Source: a virus (Duplodnaviria; Caudoviricetes). From it: a stretch of 64,000 nucleotides of DNA. Positions 59,880-64,000 of the stretch are shown one piece after another (position 1 is the first letter of the stretch; every line of letters starts with the position of its first letter). The DNA lies in IMG/VR virus record IMGVR_UViG_3300031669_005479, positions 128,001 through 192,000 of that record; one strand, given 5' to 3'. The position numbers were made by a program, and so were the translations under genes. Below the pieces are notes generated by a model that searched no databases, was not told the DNA's origin, and saw nothing but the letters and a program-made list of their open reading frames with translations.

Positions 59880-60965
59880 ATGGAAATGTTAAAAAAGGTT
59901 GATTGGAATTTGTTGAATACTTATATTGATAATAGTCATATTGTAGCAAATAAACACCCACAATATGATATTTGGATATTGAACTATTCACCAAAGGCAC
60001 AATCTAATAAATTTTGGGATATATATACCCTATCTTGTCGTGGATTGGTGATTGATGTCGATGGTAATATATTAGCACGTCCATTTCAAAAATTTAAAAA
60101 TTATGAAGAGCATAATCCATCAGAAATCGATATGTCACAAGAATTTGATATTTTCGAAAAAATGGACGGTTCGTTAATCATAGTATTTTACTATGTGCCA
60201 CGTATGGAATGGATTGTCGCTTCAAGAGGTTCATTCATTTCTGAACAGTGTATGGAAGCAAAGAAAATGATTGATGTAAATATTTACAATAAACTTAAAA
60301 CTGATTGTACATATTTATTTGAAGTAATATATCCAGAAAATAGAATTGTTCTTGACTATGGAAATAGAAGAGAATTGGTATTGCTTACAAGGATTAAAAC
60401 TGAATCTGGTATGGAAATGTACTATGATGATTTAGTTGCAACATATTCAAAATACTTTACTGTTGTAAAGAAATACATACTAAATGATATTCATGACCTA
60501 AATGATTTAAAAGCAATTGAAGAGGAAAACAAAGAAGGATTTGTTGTTAGATTCTTAAGTGGATTTAGAGTTAAGGTGAAATTTAGCGAATACATTAGAT
60601 TGCATGGTATTTTAACAAATGTTTCTAATCTAACTGTTTGGGAACACTTAAAAAATAATTATGATTTCGATGATTTGTTGGATAGAGTTCCAGATGAATT
60701 CTACAGTTGGCTGAAAAGAACAGTAAGGATATTACAAGGAGAATTCAATGAAATTGAAAGATTGGCGTTGAAGGATTTTGTAAGAATTTACTATACTAAT
60801 GGAGTCACAGAACGCAAAGAATTTGCAATGGAAGCAATTAAAACTGAACATCGTTCAATACTGTTTAGATTGTACGATAAAAGAGGTTATGATGAAATTA
60901 TTTGGAAACTGGTGAGACCAATATATTCAAAGCCATTTTCTAAAAATTTTGAAAATATTTCATAA
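59880..60965 (+). CDS. RNA ligase (T4 Rnl1-like)
   Basis: YS...WD...CRGLVID, RPFQKFKN, EKMDGS motif I, FEVI, EGFVV, RVKVK. Confidence 0.85.
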   Translation: MEMLKKVDWNLLNTYIDNSHIVANKHPQYDIWILNYSPKAQSNKFWDIYTLSCRGLVIDVDGNILARPFQKFKNYEEHNPSEIDMSQEFDIFEKMDGSLIIVFYYVPRMEWIVASRGSFISEQCMEAKKMIDVNIYNKLKTDCTYLFEVIYPENRIVLDYGNRRELVLLTRIKTESGMEMYYDDLVATYSKYFTVVKKYILNDIHDLNDLKAIEEENKEGFVVRFLSGFRVKVKFSEYIRLHGILTNVSNLTVWEHLKNNYDFDDLLDRVPDEFYSWLKRTVRILQGEFNEIERLALKDFVRIYYTNGVTERKEFAMEAIKTEHRSILFRLYDKRGYDEIIWKLVRPIYSKPFSKNFENIS

Positions 60966-60976
60966 AAAATTAAATT

Positions 60977-61210
60977 ATGGGTGGAATATTAGAAAAGAAA
61001 GAAAATGGATGGTATGTTAGATGGTCAGACCTACATTCATTTATCAATGGAACGCATTGGATGTGCACACCATTACATCCAACAGAAATTGTTGATGAAA
61101 CAAAATATAGTGATGGTGATGAAGTAGAATTTGAAATGGTTGTTACTACTGGTTACGATGTAGAAAATTTCATTCCATTTAGATATGTTAAACTCTTAAA
61201 ACAAAAATAA
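60977..61210 (+). CDS. Hypothetical protein
   Basis: Co-oriented after the RNA ligase. Confidence 0.5.
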   Translation: MGGILEKKENGWYVRWSDLHSFINGTHWMCTPLHPTEIVDETKYSDGDEVEFEMVVTTGYDVENFIPFRYVKLLKQK

Positions 61211-61254
61211 TATTTTATTTGTGGTAGTACTAGTATTTTTAATTAAATAATTAT

Positions 61255-61446
61255 ATGATGAAAGAAAGATATATGATTGTGAGAATAGTGAATATTCTTG
61301 CAGAAATGAAAGATAATGGTTCGATGATAACTGAACCATGTTATCAAATAGTTGATAAAGATTATGAGACACCAGATTCTGCTTATAATGTTAAAGAAAA
61401 TTATAGAGAACCGAAACACTATATCGTTGTACAATATTGGTGCTAA
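61255..61446 (+). CDS. Small hypothetical protein; stop lies inside attC-like site 1
   Basis: TAA within TGCTAAC. Confidence 0.55.
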   Translation: MMKERYMIVRIVNILAEMKDNGSMITEPCYQIVDKDYETPDSAYNVKENYREPKHYIVVQYWC

Positions 61447-61569
61447 CGTCAAATGTATGGTTAGTGGCGAATTAGAAACCACAAACCTATCAAACTGAAC
61501 AAAAGTAAGTAGATAAAACAAATGTTAAACCACACACAAAACCGCCATTAACTATACATATTGTTAGGC
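61441..61569 (+). other. attC-like site 1
   Basis: TGCTAAC gtcaa ATGTATGGTTAGTGGCG ... CGCCATTAACTATACAT att GTTAGGC. Confidence 0.8.
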
Positions 61570-61594
61570 GTATGTGCTTTAAAATCATAAAAAT

Positions 61595-62014
61595 ATGAAA
61601 TACGAATTAAGACATCATTCATATAAACCAACTTTAGGAGGTAAAAGTGTTCTGTCGAATAAAACAATAAACGACCTTGGTGAAAGTGCATTATATTACG
61701 TAGGAACATTTAGTGAGTATAATCCATTGTATTTGGGAAACAATTCATTATTATATATAAGAAAAAACTGGACAACAGATGGGAATATACTGCACAAGAT
61801 TAACTTAAAAGGATTAAAATTTAAAGGCGGAATTAATCATTCTGGTTCTGGTATTTGCACTCATGGAGGATTCCAATTAACTAAACAAGATTTATTAAGA
61901 ATTGCTAATGCTATGGATGAAACAGATACCCTTGTTTTATCTGAAATCATACAAAAGACAGAGGAAGGAATTAAAATGTTCAAAGATGGACTAATAGAGG
62001 TTGTAGGTTCTTAG
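61595..62014 (+). CDS. Cassette A hypothetical protein
   Basis: 139-aa ORF between sites 1 and 2. Confidence 0.6.
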   Translation: MKYELRHHSYKPTLGGKSVLSNKTINDLGESALYYVGTFSEYNPLYLGNNSLLYIRKNWTTDGNILHKINLKGLKFKGGINHSGSGICTHGGFQLTKQDLLRIANAMDETDTLVLSEIIQKTEEGIKMFKDGLIEVVGS

Positions 62015-62020
62015 CATTAC

Positions 62021-62113
62021 GCCTAACGATTGGGTATATACGAAGTACCCTAACTACAAACTTAAAAATTAGTACAAACCTTAATAGGGTATTTCGTATA
62101 TACCTTGTTAGCA
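62021..62113 (+). other. attC-like site 2
   Basis: GCCTAAC gattg GGTATATACGAAGTACCCT ... AGGGTATTTCGTATATACC tt GTTAGCA. Confidence 0.85.
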
Positions 62114-62126
62114 AATCGTAAAAATT

Positions 62127-62267
62127 ATGCCAAGAGAACCACTACCATTAAAAAGAGAACATAAAGGCGATGTAACAATAAACATCGCAGATATATTTAG
62201 AAATCCTGAAATGCAAAAAGAAGCTATAAAAGGTTGCAAAAAACTTAAACCACGTAAACGTAAATAA
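62127..62267 (+). CDS. Cassette B small basic protein (46 aa)
   Basis: Manual ORF MPREPLPLKREHKGDVTINIADIFRNPEMQKEAIKGCKKLKPRKRK. Confidence 0.55.
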   Translation: MPREPLPLKREHKGDVTINIADIFRNPEMQKEAIKGCKKLKPRKRK

Positions 62268-62277
62268 TTTATATGTT

Positions 62278-62397
62278 TGCTAACGGTTTTAATATAAAAC
62301 GTTGCAACATAAAGGTAAATACATGTAACAAAACTTGAAATTAAACGTATAATATAATAGAAACCACAACAGCAATGTTTTATATTTGTTGTTATAA
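62278..62397 (+). other. attC-like site 3
   Basis: TGCTAAC ggtttt AATATAAAACGTTGC ... GCAATGTTTTATATT tgtt GTTATAA. Confidence 0.8.
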
Positions 62398-62424
62398 ACA
62401 GTTTCATCATTTAATTTTTTTATT

Positions 62425-62589
62425 ATGAAAGAAGATAAAGTAATAAAAGCAATTGAAATATACATAAGAGAAACGGGTAATAAGTATGGTATAAGTTTAA
62501 TTAAAAAATTAAATGATTACATATACCAAATAAATGACCGAGAAATAAATATAAACACAAACTCTATTGGATACACAGATATTGAGTGA
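62425..62589 (+). CDS. Cassette C small protein (54 aa)
   Basis: Manual ORF MKEDKVIKAIEIYIRETG...GYTDIE. Confidence 0.55.
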   Translation: MKEDKVIKAIEIYIRETGNKYGISLIKKLNDYIYQINDREININTNSIGYTDIE

Positions 62590-62595
62590 AATTGT

Positions 62596-62717
62596 TTATA
62601 ACGTTGATTGTATGGCACGTTGCCACTACTAAGTTTAATTTGAAAAACAAAATATTATGATTACAGAAATAGAAAAATTGAAAAAACTACAGCAATGTGC
62701 TATACAATGTGTTATGG
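62596..62717 (+). other. attC-like site 4
   Basis: TTATAAC gttg ATTGTATGGCACGTTGC ... GCAATGTGCTATACAAT gt GTTATGG. Confidence 0.85.
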
Positions 62718-62965
62718 CACGTACTTCTGATGCTGAATTAGCTACAAGAGCGACACGAGTTGGAGAGCTTCATTGTTTGCACATAGCAGCAACTATGAAT
62801 ATAGAAGAAACTGCCAAAAGCTTAACACAAATACTTGAATACAAACAAGAACTCGCAAAAGAGATGCTGCGGTGTTCGGACGAAAAAGCAACCGACCAAT
62901 TAGCGGATGCAATTACATATAGTGACGAAATGATTAAAAAGGTGCTTGGTATGTATGTGCCATAA
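62657..62965 (+). CDS. Cassette D protein; starts inside site 4 and crosses the GTT core
   Basis: ...QQCAIQC-V-MAR..., GTT = Val codon; stop TAA inside site 5. Confidence 0.65.
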   Translation: MITEIEKLKKLQQCAIQCVMARTSDAELATRATRVGELHCLHIAATMNIEETAKSLTQILEYKQELAKEMLRCSDEKATDQLADAITYSDEMIKKVLGMYVP

Positions 62966-63239
62966 CGGCTGGCGGTATGGTGTCGGTTGCCGTTGAATAA
63001 CCCACCGACTTTGATTAAATGAACAAATGTTGAATAACTTAAATAGTGAGCGATTATGAAACAAGCGGAAATAGTAAAACAAAGATTAAATTACCACTTT
63101 AGAAAAACAGATGGTGGATGGTTAATACCAGAAAATATGCCATTTATGAATGAGTTTTTAAACGAGGTAAGTAAATTATGTGAATTAGCGAACGGTGCTG
63201 AACAAAGAGAAAGCAACTGCAATATACCGCTTGTTAGCA
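62960..63239 (+). other. attC-like site 5 (280 bp, coding loop)
   Basis: CCATAAC ggctg GCGGTATggtgtcgGTTGC ... GCAACtgcaatATACCGC tt GTTAGCA. Confidence 0.75.
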
Positions 63240-63394
63240 CACGTTATTTTGCTAAAATTAAATACTACCCTTGCACGGGTGGAGAACCAATATGGACTGT
63301 TGATGAAGTAGATGCAACAAGTATCGAGCACGCTACCGAATTGTTTAATGATATATGGCACATGAACGCAGAAGTTAAATGCGTGTATAAATAA
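63056..63394 (+). CDS. Cassette E protein; N-terminal half encoded in the site 5 loop
   Basis: ...ESNCNIPL-V-STR..., GTT = Val codon. Confidence 0.65.
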   Translation: MKQAEIVKQRLNYHFRKTDGGWLIPENMPFMNEFLNEVSKLCELANGAEQRESNCNIPLVSTRYFAKIKYYPCTGGEPIWTVDEVDATSIEHATELFNDIWHMNAEVKCVYK

Positions 63395-63398
63395 TGTG

Positions 63399-63492
63399 TG
63401 CTAACGGTTGGGTGTATGAGAAGGTTTGCTTAGATGAACTTTCAAATTACTACTAAACTTTATAGCAAACTTTCTTATACACCTTGTTATGC
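63399..63492 (+). other. attC-like site 6
   Basis: TGCTAAC ggttg GGTGTATGAGAAGGTTTGCT ... AGCAAACTTTCTTATACACC tt GTTATGC. Confidence 0.85.
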
Positions 63493-63606
63493 TCTCGTGC
63501 CGACTTATTAACCACAAATCTTAATTTGAAACACGAAATAAAAACAAAAAGAATTTTAGGGTGGATTTTTTAAAATTGAATATTTATATATATAAAACAA
63601 AAACCT

Positions 63607-64000
63607 ATGAGTGAAGATATACGTAAAATGATTGATAAGGTGAAAAACTTTAAGCAGTTTGTTAATGAGAATGTTGATAATTATTACACATTATATCATG
63701 GAACAAGTAGTGGTAGATTAGATTTTATTAAATCAAAACCAACCAAATTATTTTTAACTGATAGTGAAGATGTTGCAACATATTATGCTGCAAAAGGTGG
63801 TGAAGATTATTTTATGACTAAAGAAATTGAATTTGAAAAACAATATGGCGAAACACCAGATGATTATTTTAACACACAAGAAAATGGCGAACTACCTATG
63901 TTTAAAGCATTATATCCTAAAAATGAAACCCCAATTGTTATAAAATTTCAAATACCTAAAAGTTTAATTAAAAACATTAATGATTTTATTGGATATAAAG
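63607..64000 (+). CDS. Putative ADP-ribosyltransferase-fold protein, truncated by the window end
   Basis: Manual translation MSEDIRKMIDKVKNFKQFVNE...LYHGTS...LFLTDSEDVATYYA; ATATTTATA upstream. Confidence 0.5.
   Translation, partial: MSEDIRKMIDKVKNFKQFVNENVDNYYTLYHGTSSGRLDFIKSKPTKLFLTDSEDVATYYAAKGGEDYFMTKEIEFEKQYGETPDDYFNTQENGELPMFKALYPKNETPIVIKFQIPKSLIKNINDFIGYK

Larger units (their letters stand above)
61441..63492 (+). mobile_element. Integron-like gene cassette array (6 attC-like sites, 5 complete cassettes)
   Basis: Each site is TAAC-N8/9-TAT...ATA-N6-GTTA with long inverted arms; left cores are complementary to the previous site's right core over 9-10 nt. Confidence 0.8.

Noticed and set aside
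61221-61232. Degenerate attI-like/first core site (GGTAGTACT versus expected GTTAGCACC)
   Set aside because: Three mismatches in 9 nt in AT-rich DNA; cannot be distinguished from chance.
61441-63492. Cassette hairpins as simple terminators, REP elements or CRISPR repeats
   Set aside because: They lack U-tracts, differ in sequence from one another, and show offset core complementarity that these classes do not explain.
1-64000. Genome-wide TGA=Trp (code 4) reassignment
   Set aside because: All large genes are intact in code 11, Trp is almost always TGG, and TGA serves as a plausible stop at 8916, 48900, 50703 and 62589.

Overview
An AT-rich 64-kb segment of a large T4-like (myovirus-type) phage. 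The host is probably a Bacteroidota species, inferred from TAnnTTTG/TTG promoters and a Bacteroidota-type lipoprotein. The window holds the virion morphogenesis module: tail sheath (partial), neck proteins, major capsid, scaffold, prohead protease, intein-containing portal, terminase large subunit, a lytic transglycosylase and large putative structural proteins. It also carries dut, thyA, an intein-containing SF1 helicase, an RNA ligase, many homing-endonuclease-like ORFs and 17 tRNA genes, several of them atypical. The two most striking signals are absent from the ORF track. (1) Both main tRNA clusters are preceded by an MKNL... leader peptide enriched in the amino acids of the downstream tRNAs, coupled to a terminator/antiterminator pair. 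This looks like a ribosome-mediated attenuator controlling tRNA operons. (2) A six-site integron-like cassette array lies at 61.4-63.5 kb. Each site's left core matches the right core of the previous site, and two ORFs read in frame through the predicted G/TT crossover. Also notable: a methyltransferase with TGA at two Trp-like positions, tRNAs with swapped variable-arm architecture, an endonuclease domain fused in frame inside ThyA, and a shared N-terminal tag on several unrelated late proteins. All annotation is manual, from recognised motifs; no database search was run.
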